From Albugo candida (Eukaryota), in contig JBDOQK010000029.1 of assembly GCA_040437565.1 (NCBI GenBank), positions 124,001-187,945 of the forward strand: a stretch of 63,945 nucleotides of DNA. The letters are read 5' to 3'. Below the pieces are notes generated by a model. It worked only from the letters and a program-made list of their open reading frames with translations. It did not search any database and was not told the DNA's origin. The position numbers and the translations under genes were made by a program. Positions 24,544 to 36,181 of the stretch are shown here, in pieces; the stretch's first letter is position 1; every line of letters begins with the position of its first letter.

Positions 24544-26709
24544 ATGTGCGGAATCATCGCATTGATTCTTGCAAACCCTCAGCACCATGCAAATCAGCTG
24601 CTATATGACGCCTTGACAGTCATGCAGCATCGTGGGCAAGATGCAGCTGGAATCATGACACTTCAATCGGGCAGGTTCTTTCTACGCAAAGATAATGGTC
24701 TCGTGCGCGATGTATTCAGACAAAATCACATGATAAACCTACGTGGACCCATGGGAATCGGTCATTGCCGCTATCCAACCGCTGGCACATCAAATATATG
24801 TGAAGCTCAGCCGTTTTATACAAATTCTCCTTACGGAATTGCACTCGCACATAACGGCAATCTGACCAATTCGCGTGACTTACTTGATCAACTGAGTAAC
24901 ACGGATTTTCGTCATGTGAATACAGGATCGGTAAGCTCTCAAACATAATAGTTTCCATCATCTATCTAAAGAGTGTGTCATCCAGGATTCTGAATTGCTG
25001 CTGAATATTCTCGCAGATGAATTGATGAAGCACGTCAAAGAACCGCTGACGAACGAGCTGGTTTTCAAAGCAGTTGAACGGCTTATGAATCGATGTTCGG
25101 GAGGGTACACTGCGGTCGTGGTGATCAACAAATTTGGAATACTAGCATTTCGAGACCCAAATGGTATCCGGCCACTTGTATTTGGAAAACGTGCGAGTGA
25201 CAGCGGAATCGATTACGCAGTGGCCTCAGAGAGTGCGGCCATTGATGCGCTGGGATTCGATCTCTTAAGTAAGCCTTTTTATACCTAGTGCCAAGCATGT
25301 AACTTATCCAATTTTGTTATAGGAGATGTCGCACCTGGAGAAGCTATTCTGATTCCCCAAGGCAAACCATTAGCTCACAATGTGTGCTCGACACGGGCGC
25401 AACTCAATCCTTGCATTTTCGAATATGTGTATTTTGCCCGACCTGACTCGTGTATCGACAAAGTGTCTGTGTATCAAGCTCGTCTGAATATGGGCTTAAA
25501 ACTTGCGGACAAATTATTGCGACACCGACCGACGCATGATATCGATGTTGTCATCCCAATTCCAGACACGAGCCGAACTTCAGCATTGGAATTATCTCGC
25601 CGATTGAACATACCCTATCGAGAAGGATTTGTGAAGAACCGCTACATTACTCGTACCTTCATCATGCCTGGCCAAAAGGCGAGAAAGAAAACTGTGCGTC
25701 TGAAATTGAATGCGATCAGCGCGGAATTTCGCGATAAGAATGTCTTATTGGTCGATGATTCGATTGTCCGTGGTACAACNNNNNNNNNNNNNNNNNNNNN
25801 NNNNNNNNNNNNNNNNNNNNNNNNNNNNNNNNNNNNNNNNNNNNNNNNNNNNNNNNNNNNNNNNNNNNNNNNNNNNNNNGCTCGACACGGGCGCAACTCA
25901 ATCCTTGCATTTTCGAATATGTGTATTTTGCCCGACCTGACTCGTGTATCGACAAAGTGTCTGTGTATCAAGCTCGTCTGAATATGGGCTTAAAACTTGC
26001 GGACAAATTATTGCGACACCGACCGACGCATGATATCGATGTTGTCATCCCAATTCCAGACACGAGCCGAACTTCAGCATTGGAATTATCTCGCCGATTG
26101 AACATACCCTATCGAGAAGGATTTGTGAAGAACCGCTACATTACTCGTACCTTCATCATGCCTGGCCAAAAGGCGAGAAAGAAAACTGTGCGTCTGAAAT
26201 TGAATGCGATCAGCGCGGAATTTCGCGATAAGAATGTCTTATTGGTCGATGATTCGATTGTCCGTGGTACAACATCACGTCAAATAGTGCAAATTGCTCG
26301 AGAAAATGGTGCACGATCAGTTCTTTTCGCGTCGGCGGCTCCAGCAATTCGGCATCCGAGTATCTACGGGATAGATATGCCAACTCGGGATGAATTGATC
26401 GCGTATAATAGAACAGATGAAGAAATCGCTGAGAAGATTGGTGCTGACTGGGTGATCTATCAAGATCTGGAAGATTTAGAAGCCTGTGTGCGTCAAGAAA
26501 ACCCAGCTATCCGCGCATTCGACTCTTCATGTTTTACCGGGACATACGTCACCGAGGACGTTGACGAGAAATATTTTGCACGACTCCATGCTGAACGATG
26601 CGATGCTCAGATGCAGCTCAAGAATTCAGAGTACGCGAGCTCAAGCAGTACAATTATCGGATCCATGTCGGACGAAGTGATTGATATGTACAATGTTCCA
26701 CAATTCTGA
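24544..26709 (+). CDS. purF: Amidophosphoribosyltransferase (glutamine PRPP amidotransferase); 25880-26273 re-reads 25386-25779
   Basis: N-terminal MCGI nucleophile, [46 protein letters not shown] and [11 protein letters not shown]. Two introns. Confidence 0.97.
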
Positions 26710-26888
26710 TGCATAGAGAGCCCGGACGCATTCCGGCAACAAGTCGATTCATGGTCTTAAGTGCCATCGACATAGAGGTAGGCGAGAAATACATTCCAAT
26801 ATAGAACGAAGTAGCATATCCGCCATGTTTAGGCCAAATTTTCAACACAGATACGACTACTTTTCTGTGATCCACCAGACACTCTTTC

Positions 26889-29800
26889 TCATTGTATTGC
26901 CAGACCTGCTTTTGTCAGATACGAAAGTAAAGTTTGCAAGGTTGGTTTGGGCAGAAATTGTTCCGAGTAGCTTTTGTACTACATAGAGCGCAGGATTAGC
27001 CATTGCAAGTCAGTACGATATAAGAGACGTACTTTTCCTGGCTCTGATTGTGATAGCTTCGAGATATTTTGGACCAAGAACAATTGGGGAATACCATACT
27101 CTTGAAGATAGTCGGCAGAAGTTACGGTCGCGAAATATAATTTGGAATAGCCCGCTTCATAACCAGTTTGTTCCAGATCCAATAAAGCTTCTTCCTCGCC
27201 CTTTGTCGGTGCTGCAGAGTCAGGGCTTTCGAGCACATTTATAGCCGCTGTAACAAGCTTGCCCCAAAGTTCTCCCTGAGAGCGACACAAGGTTGTTTCG
27301 CAAGCAAGACGAATCAATCCAATGACACATGCTTTCCGCTCGAGTTGTCCTTTGGAATGAGATGCACCTCCTGTCCAAACGCTGTTCAACAACATGATCG
27401 ACATCCTACACCCAACGAGTCAATATTAGAGTATAAAGCGATGGAAATGACGCACCCTGGTTGTAAGGCTTCTAAAGTATCGAGTAGGATATTGGGATTT
27501 TGCTTCCCAATCAGAACTGACAGAGTGTACACCAATTCCTTTGTGTATGCTGTGCTGTTTTTACCCGCCATTCGCGACTGCAATCGAATCATCAGAATCT
27601 TGATGATTTCACTGAGGTATGCTTGATAGCTGGCAATGGACATGTAACAGAACAAAGCACGTAAAAGTAGAAAAGCAGAATGCTCTGTGGATCGCAAAGA
27701 GATCAATTTCTGAAATACTCCAAGGACTCCCTGGATAGACTGTGCTACTTCTGTGGGTGCCTTCCGCATATACGCCTATGAAAAAGCATGTACTTCACCA
27801 CTTGTTGCGAAATAGCAAGAAAAAGCACCGCTCACCTCGAGAAGTTTGACAATCGCCGGAGTATTGCTAGTTGTTTCCCATAAAGTCGGAGCCAAGAGGA
27901 TTGGAAACATACTCATATACGCTACAGAGGCTCCAGCTTCACGTAATTCGAGCATCTGAGCGAGCACTTGATACACATACGGTGACAGAGCCTCCACGTC
28001 ATTCGTGAGCACTGTCTGAAACGGAGGGAAAAGTAGCGNNNNNNNNNNNNNNNNNNNNNNNNNNNNNNNNNNNNNNNNNNNNNNNNNNNNNNNNNNNNNN
28101 NNNNNNNNNNNNNNNNNNNNNNNNNNNNNNNNNNNNNNTCCACGTCATTCGTGAGCACTGTCTGAAACGGAGGGAAAAGTAGCGCTTCGAAGGTTTCGAT
28201 CGCTCCAGATTTCAATTTGCACACATTCAGGATCAGCACAGAGATCGCCTCAAATAAATAATGACTAAAAGTCGGGTTGCTTGGATTCGCACAAATGCGG
28301 CTGAGTGTCTGGGTCAGTTTTGTCACCATAAACTCGGTCAAGGGAAGAATGTCTTCCTTCGCAACATTGATCAGCCGCATAATTAATCGCATCAGGTAAT
28401 CATTCTCTGGGTATCCAGGTTGTTCGATAATCGCAAATACTTGCTGGAAGATCATTGCTAGTTGAGGTGCGAGCTTCTTGGTGTCGAACCGTAATTTTGT
28501 TTCGTCCTTGACGGATAGTAAGCGTTCGATACAGGCTGCAGCATATGTGTGCACGACAAATTGCGCTGGATCGAGTGATTGAATTAGCAGAGGTAATAAG
28601 GCTTCCATCGCAGTAACTGGAAGTTGCACTCGAAATGTCGAGACGAATTTGATCGCATCGGCTTTTAAAATCATTGTGACGCTATTGCTTTGTAATTCAG
28701 GCAAGACTTCTCCCATAAAGAAATCCATCAGCGGAACACGGGGATTTACTTGAGAGACACCGCGAAGTCTTGATTGCTTGATGGCTGCTAGCGCAATAAA
28801 AAGATTGATCTGCAACCGGTATTCAGTAAAATCAGTGTGAAAGGTGTGGTGGGCTTACCGAAACATCTTTCTTTCCCCAATTTGCTGTAGGATTCGCCTT
28901 GTAGTCTTGTAGCATCGATAAGATCACATTCATGCAAATTCGAGAAACGTCTTCTTCAAAGTTGTTTAAAAGACCACGAATGAGTTCTCTTGCCGCGCTG
29001 CGTCGACTATCGGTATCGGATCCTTCAATATCACGTCGTATGTAATCCATAGGATTGTCCTCAAAAAGCTCTTCATCTGCTGTACGAAGACTGAGATTGC
29101 TAACCACAATATCACACAGTCGACCGAGAACGTCGGGAGAAGCAAAAAGAGCGCGATTGTGTGCTCGTGCTGCTATTGATGTAAGGAAACGCATGCTTTT
29201 GGCGGCCAGTTCATCATGTTTGGGATGCATGGAGATTTTTTGCGCTAACAAGTGCCAAATTACTTCTGTAAACTTCTCCAAATACGGCTTGAATTCTTCA
29301 TCGTACTTTTCTGCGTACAAATTGATATTTTCCACAATCCCAACCAAGAGAAGATCAATCAATCCTGGTTCATCCTCATTATCATCGCTGACAAATTCAG
29401 AATTTGAATAATCAAAGTAGCTGAGGAATGCCTGCATCCATTCAGCAATATGATCTTCAAAATATTCCGGAATATCTTGCCAATTGAGCGAATAAAAGAT
29501 TCGACACATCGTTCTCAACGCCTTGAGCATTTCCGCTTGGTCAGACACGACCGCGTTACCTTGTCGTAATACTACGCCGGTTTGCTTGAAGAGCTGTAGT
29601 AATGGTTCCTGATATTTAAGAAAGCGTTAGATACTTCACACTGTTCTATAATCGCACTTGCCTGGAAAACTTGCAAGCAATGTTTCAATTCCAGAAAAAG
29701 AGCATCCGATTTGAAAGCATTACGAAATCGTTTAAAGATCGTATTTGCAGTCATAAGCACACCATTCCGAACTCGCCAATCCGTTTCTTGCTTCAATTTG

Positions 29801-30222
29801 TCCACCAACTGCTGTAATAGATAATTCCAATCCTGAGGAAAATCATGCTCACCGATTGTCGCAAGTGCTTCGCTTAGTTGCTTCTGAATTGCTTCGGGCA
29901 TTCGACAGATCAGATCCACCAAATGCTGCTTAACGAGCTCTTTCTCATTAGTGGAAATACAATTTGGCTTCTCGGGCTCCCAGTTTTTCTTCACGAAATT
30001 CTTGAAAAGTAATGCTGATCCCAGACGAATTTCCATTTTCTCCTGATCGCTTTCAAGAATTCGAATCAATAAGAGTGTATAATTCGGCTGAGTGGACAAA
30101 GAATCTAGAATCTTTTCTGCATTCTTGCGTGTGTTGGATTGAGGTGATAGTGTGTGCTCCAAACAATTGCGTATGTTGTTTAGAGCATTCTGTGTGGCAG
30201 CGTCAGCGGGTGGTTGAGCCAT
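26889..30222 (-). CDS. CSE1: Exportin-2 / CSE1 (importin-alpha re-exporter), multi-exon
   Basis: Importin-beta N-terminal domain (LLFKNFVKKNW), FYSLNWQDIPEYFEDH, ELFEDNPMDYIRRDIEGSDTDSRR, ENDYLMR and NPSNPTFSHYLFE. Last exon ends AGLAIQ*. Confidence 0.96.
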
Positions 30223-30698
30223 TGATGATTTGCGTTTGGCACTTTATCACCGATGTAGCGCTGTAATAGAGGATGCAAGGTACGGTATACAGCTTCTGCG
30301 ATGGTATACAATGTGATCCATGTCATGGCCCATGATGATCGCTACAAGCAACGCCGACGCCAATTTTGTCACCAGAAACGCGTACCGTTTCCAGGTGGAT
30401 CGGAAAGACAGTAGAGTTATCGTCAAAGCTTTGGAGCGCTTCAATACTAAGACATTGAGGATAGTTTGATGGTAAAAAGATTGTAGGTCACACATTCATG
30501 GATAGAAGTATTTCGGCCTATTCCAGCACGAGTGTCTCAAAGCTGACCCCAAAGAGTTTTGTATAATGAAGGATATCAGTTGATGATCAGCATTGAGATC
30601 AAGATATGGACGCAACTAGATCTACAATAGCTATACTCGTGAAACACCCTCGTTGCGAATCTACACGACAACCAATCCAAAGGTTGAACGCGTTTGTT

Positions 30699-31442
30699 CT
30701 ATAGGAAATAGTCAGGAGCGGGTTTCTTTGCTGGGACACCACGTGCGTCTTGAGGCGCGGCTTCAAAAATCTTAATTTTGCGTGCGTTAGATGGTACACA
30801 CATTGGGTATACAAGGTTTACGTACTTTAAATCGTTGCTCCAAGTTCTCGTCAAGCTCCAAAATAGCTGCAACATTACCACAACGATAGCAGTAATTCGG
30901 TGCCGACCATATTGTTACTAGTGCGTTATTAAACATGGACTTGTGGCCTTCCATGACAAGCTGATGGGCTCTGCAGATAAGCTGAATATTATTTGTTTGA
31001 TTGAACTACGAGAACGACTTGATATGTAAGATGTCAGGGGTTAGAGACAATGTAGGAGAAACCTTGTCAACAACGTCCCCACCAAAAAGATAACCTGCTC
31101 CACGTGGACTCAAACCCCACCCATCAATGTCTGGAAATCCACATAAGAAGAATAGGGAAGATGCCGATATTGGAGAGCCTTACCTTCTGGATCGGACCAC
31201 ATCAAATCACACATAGCGCCATCATGAGGGACCTCTTGCTTACGATCAATGATTCTGATCTGTATTTGAGATAGTACAGACGATTAAGTTCTTCAGTCAA
31301 TTAAATGTCGTCTCAACACTCAAACCTGGTCCAACGTATTGATTGAAGGAGAGAGTCCACCGTGTACGCAAAATATCTTGTCTTCAATGATCGCCGATAA
31401 ACTCAAATAATCAAAAATTTCCGTGCAGTAACGCCATACGTT
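30699..31442 (-). repeat. Overlap re-read of the 3' half of the PP4 gene (block ~30220-31442 recurs at ~31543-32766)
   Basis: Near-identical sequence on both sides of the gap at ~31443-31541. Confidence 0.88.
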
Positions 31443-32022
31443 NNNNNNNNNNNNNNNNNNNNNNNNNNNNNNNNNNNNNNNNNNNNNNNNNNNNNNNNNN
31501 NNNNNNNNNNNNNNNNNNNNNNNNNNNNNNNNNNNNNNNNNNCATTGATGATTTGCGTTTGGCACTTTATCACCGATGTAGCGCTGTAATAGAGGATGCA
31601 AGGTACGGGTATACAGCTTCTGCGATGGTATACAATGTGATCCATGTCATGGCCCATGATGATCGCTACAAGCAACGCCGACGCCAATTTTGTCACCAGA
31701 AACGCGTACCGTTTCCAGGTGGATCGGAAAGACAGTAGAGTTATCGTCAAAGCTTTGGAGCGCTTCAATACTAAGACATTGAGGATAGTTTGATGGTAAA
31801 AAGATTGTAGGTCACACATTCATGGATAGAAGTATTTCGGCCTATTCCAGCACGAGTGTCTCAAAGCTGACCCCAAAGAGTTTTGTATAATGAAGGATAT
31901 CAGTTGATGATCAGCATTGAGATCAAGATATGGACGCAACTAGATCTACAATAGCTATACTCGTGAAACACCCTCGTTGCGAATCTACACGACAACCAAT
32001 CCAAAGGTTGAACGCGTTTGTT

Positions 32023-33287
32023 CTATAGGAAATAGTCAGGAGCGGGTTTCTTTGCTGGGACACCACGTGCGTCTTGAGGCGCGGCTTCAAAAATCTTAAT
32101 TTTGCGTGCGTTAGATGGTACACACATTGGGTATACAAGGTTTACGTACTTTAAATCGTTGCTCCAAGTTCTCGTCAAGCTCCAAAATAGCTGCAACATT
32201 ACCACAACGATAGCAGTAATTCGGTGCCGACCATATTGTTACTAGTGCGTTATTAAACATGGACTTGTGGCCTTCCATGACAAGCTGATGGGCTCTGCAG
32301 ATAAGCTGAATATTATTTGTTTGATTGAACTACGAGAACGACTTGATATGTAAGATGTCAGGGGTTAGAGACAATGTAGGAGAAACCTTGTCAACAACGT
32401 CCCCACCAAAAAGATAACCTGCTCCACGTGGACTCAAACCCCACCCATCAATGTCTGGAAATCCACATAAGAAGAATAGGGAAGATGCCGATATTGGAGA
32501 GCCTTACCTTCTGGATCGGACCACATCAAATCACACATAGCGCCATCATGAGGGACCTCTTGCTTACGATCAATGATTCTGATCTGTATTTGAGATAGTA
32601 CAGACGATTAAGTTCTTCAGTCAATTAAATGTCGTCTCAACACTCAAACCTGGTCCAACGTATTGATTGAAGGAGAGAGTCCACCGTGTACGCAAAATAT
32701 CTTGTCTTCAATGATCGCCGATAAACTCAAATAATCAAAAATTTCCGTGCAGTAACGCCATACGTTGACGGATCCATATTTCCGTAAACACTCGTCATAA
32801 AAACCGTAAACTTGTGTGATCTGACGACTTTCGTGATTGCCTCGAATCAGTGTGATTCGGTCGGGGTAGCGCACCTACACCGAGTTTTGATTCCGCCATA
32901 ATGAGTATTCAGAGCTTTCTCACCTTGAGCGCAAGTAGAAGTAAGAAAGTCTCAACGCTGTAGAAGCCACGATCCACGAAATCGCCCATGAACAAATAAT
33001 TCGTTTCAGGACACTCTCCACCAACACTGAACAGCTCCTTCAGATCATAAAACTGTCCGTGTATGTCACCACATATCTACAGGTGCACAGCAGTAGTAGT
33101 AACAGACTTGATCAAATGCCAGATGATTACGTACTGTTACAGGGGCATCAATTCGCTGTACGTTACTTTCGTCGACTAATATCTCACGAGCTTTTTGACA
33201 CAATGCCTTCACTTCGGATTCTTTCAGATATTCACATCGTTTGAGCTGCTCAATCTGTCGATCCAAATCGCAATGCGTAGAGCTCAT
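32023..33287 (-). CDS. PPP4C: Ser/Thr protein phosphatase 4 catalytic subunit, multi-exon
   Basis: [63 protein letters not shown], and PP4-type C-terminus [22 protein letters not shown]. Confidence 0.96.
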
Positions 33288-33456
33288 TCGAACGGTTTTG
33301 CAATCTAGTGGGAATTTGCTATCAATTATGCTAGTAGCATGATTGGTGAAAAATCGGCGCGGGTAAACCGATTTTGACCGTCGATTTGGCGATCACAGAT
33401 GCAATAGATGCAAGATTAATTGCTCTTTGTTGCAAGTCAGCTGTATTTTATTTTGT

Positions 33457-33993
33457 CTATTCTACGGCTCTACGCCTGTTGCTAAATAGTTTTGTAGGTC
33501 TGTTATCAATCGAACCAGATTCCCTGCTACTTGGATCTGTCGATGCTGATCTACGTTTTTTTGATTGCTTTCCATGACACTCAATAGGGATTCTTTTCTA
33601 CGAAGCTTAAAGAATGTAACAAGCATTAGCAACTTTCTAGAAAAGAATATGTGATGCTCACAATTTCCTTGTATAATTCATCGCAGACAGAATTGAAATG
33701 CTCCAGCTTTCGGACAATTTGATCTTCGGTCCCCACGTCGCTACAATTTTTTCAAGGTTAGCCGGCAGTAATGCAGAGTAAGACAGATATTACTTGGACT
33801 GCTCCTCTGACTGAAGTAAATGCAGGCACTCTGTCACAACAACCTAGTCATGACGGCGTCATAAGTAGTATGCATTTGTTCTCGTATGTAGATAGACATA
33901 TCCTACATCGAATTGCGTGCAGACGTCCTCCACGCGGAATCTGAAAGGCCGATTCGGATCCCTTATGGTGTCATTTAGCATTACATTAGCCAT
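33457..33993 (-). CDS. Small spliced hypothetical protein
   Basis: Exon-like blocks MANVMLNDTIRDPNRPFRFRVEDVCTQFD / VVTECLHLLQSEEQ / ...KQSKKRRSAS...RRRAVE*. Exon structure uncertain. Confidence 0.45.
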
Positions 33994-34567
33994 TACGCTT
34001 ATTGGATGAAAATAAATGCTGAGAAATAATTCAGCGTCACGCGGAGTATTTCTGGAAGAATTAGAATTTCTACTGCACAAGGTGACGTTGAATATTATTC
34101 CGTCTATGGGACTTGAGTGATCTCAGACGCGGGAACTTTATACAGTTCATACTTCCTCGTATTTGCGCACTGACATGAACCACATATTGATTGGCTAGAT
34201 CACCTTCTCTTATCATTTACCTCGCCCAAATTGAATATCAACAATCAGTCAGCTTTTTCACTCATAAGATCAAGAAGACAATGTTGCAGCAGAGACAAAA
34301 AAAGAATAGCCGAGGCGTTAATGCAGGCCGGGATGGTTCGGAGGCAGAAGCATCTCAGTACATGAGTCGTCAGTTGTCGCCTTGCCAGTACCGAGCCAGT
34401 ATCAGAGGATGTCGTATCATATCTCCAGAACGTGAAATCGGTTGGGTATGCAAAGCGGGATTGAATTAAATGAGGAGATAATATTGCTGAAGGATACTAA
34501 AAGGCTCGGACTGCAAGCTTATGTGTAGCGTTATTCCACAACAACCATTTGATGATCATAATGGTAT

Positions 34568-35381
34568 TTACTCGCTTCTCAAATCTTCCAAAAGCTTCGA
34601 AATTTCCGCATTCGCCGTTACTCTTGATGATGGAGATAAATCGTAATACTTTTTCTTCGAGTGCTTTTCCCACTAACAGAGAATATTAGACAATAGTGAA
34701 ATACATCACAAAAAGGATCAAATTCTTTCAACGTACCAGCCGAACATCGCGAACAGAGTGATGTCGTGGCTCGTATGTGTGTTTGGTGCGTTTGATACCC
34801 CTATTGTGCTTGTCTAATAGCTGCTGCAGCTCAGCATCGTCGCGTTTGGCATCAGCTTGATCTCTAACTCGTCGTTTTGAAGCAATGCTGGCCATTTGAT
34901 TCATCTGCGCACCTTGTCGAGTCGTGAGAGCGACAAATCGTTTCTTTTCATCGTTACTCGACTTGATCTTGCTAATATTCCTCTTCTTATCATTGCCTAC
35001 CAATCGGTCATCTTTTCGTAATTTTTTATCGTCAGATGTCGCCACAGCGAAGTTTGCACTTTTTTTATCTATTTGCTTGCGGTGTCTTTCACTATTTTGA
35101 TTTTCGACAATGACTCGTCGTTCGCCCCACCCTTCTTTGCGGACGTTTTCTAGACTATCGCGTTTATTCTGCATTTCGATTTTCTTCTTCAAAGCGTGTT
35201 TGCTTAAGGTTTTTATAATATAGATGCTTGGTTTGCTGTGATCTTCATGAAGCACATCAAACCACTTGTCGTATTTTCTTTCATCTGAGCCGAATTCTTC
35301 GTTATCTTTCTTTGCTGTAGATAATGCGGTCAAATCCAGAAAACGAGTCGGTGCGTCAAATTCAAAGAGCGGATCGCGCAT
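34568..35381 (-). CDS. Basic hypothetical protein with a TPX2-like (Aurora-binding-like) N-terminal motif, two exons
   Basis: MRDPLFEFDAPTRFLDL...YDKWFD. GT-AG intron near 34673-34736. Exon 2 WEKHSKKKYYDLSPSSRVTANAEISKLLEDLRSE*. Confidence 0.7.
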
Positions 35382-35909
35382 ACTTAAGCTAGGTACGCTT
35401 TTGGTCTTTGGAGGCACCAAAGGTAGATACGATTTTGATTATCGGCAGACATCAGGTACGATTACGATCTCCGAGTCCGGAATGCTCTCTTTAATGGAAT
35501 AATCGACCTAGAAAGCGCACGTTTTTTGTGATTGCAAGTAGGATCATAGAGGTAGAAGTCGCGTGGATAGTTGTTTTATAATCAGACAGAGTCGCTAAAT
35601 GCATGCGTGACGGCGGACTGGGTCGGCTGGAAGGTCCTCGATAAAGAACCGTGGTCGGTCGTAATCATTGCACACTACTATTCGTACGTGCAAAGAAATT
35701 ATGTTGTTATTGAATTGCAAGGGAATGTCCATAGATTCTTAGGTCGCGACTCATAACACTTAGATGTCAGCATTCGAAGAGGCCTGTCGCATAGTTTTCT
35801 CAAAGGATCAATCGATCGACGAAAAAGTAGCGCTCTCCACGTATATTACATCAGACCATCGCCGCCACTTGAGGTAACTTTTTCATGTTTTAATTTAAAG
35901 TGCATAATT

Positions 35910-36168
35910 TGTTGGAAACGGTGAGAAAAGTTGAAGGAGCAAGTGAATCTCGAGGAGCTTCGATGAGAACGGAAGAGGCGGCTGTCAGACCTCGGCAGGT
36001 AGATGTAGGAATAGTTGCACGTTAGCTCCAAAATTCAGATAGAGCTAGAAAAAAGGTAGTTCGGTAGAGGTGGAGAGTAAGGCATAGAAGAGAGAGAATA
36101 GCAGGTAAGGACAAACATAATACACAGAATCAATTTCGCGATCAACAACGCACCGAGCAATTACAACA
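35910..36168 (+). repeat. 5' LTR
   Basis: TGTTGG...TTACAACA; matches 40418-40642. Confidence 0.85.
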
Positions 36169-36181
36169 GGTTATGAGCCCA
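36169..36181 (+). promoter_or_regulatory. Copia-type primer-binding site GGTTATGAGCCCA
   Basis: Immediately follows the CA end of the LTR; identical to the PBS at 7745 and 8020. Confidence 0.85.

Noticed and set aside
25386-26273. Internal duplication in purF
   Set aside because: Exact re-read across gap 25780-25879.
30220-32766. Second PP4 gene
   Set aside because: Partial, near-identical and gap-flanking; an assembly overlap or haplotig.
34191-34469. 92-aa plus-strand ORF
   Set aside because: No recognisable motif or splice support; could be a chance ORF.
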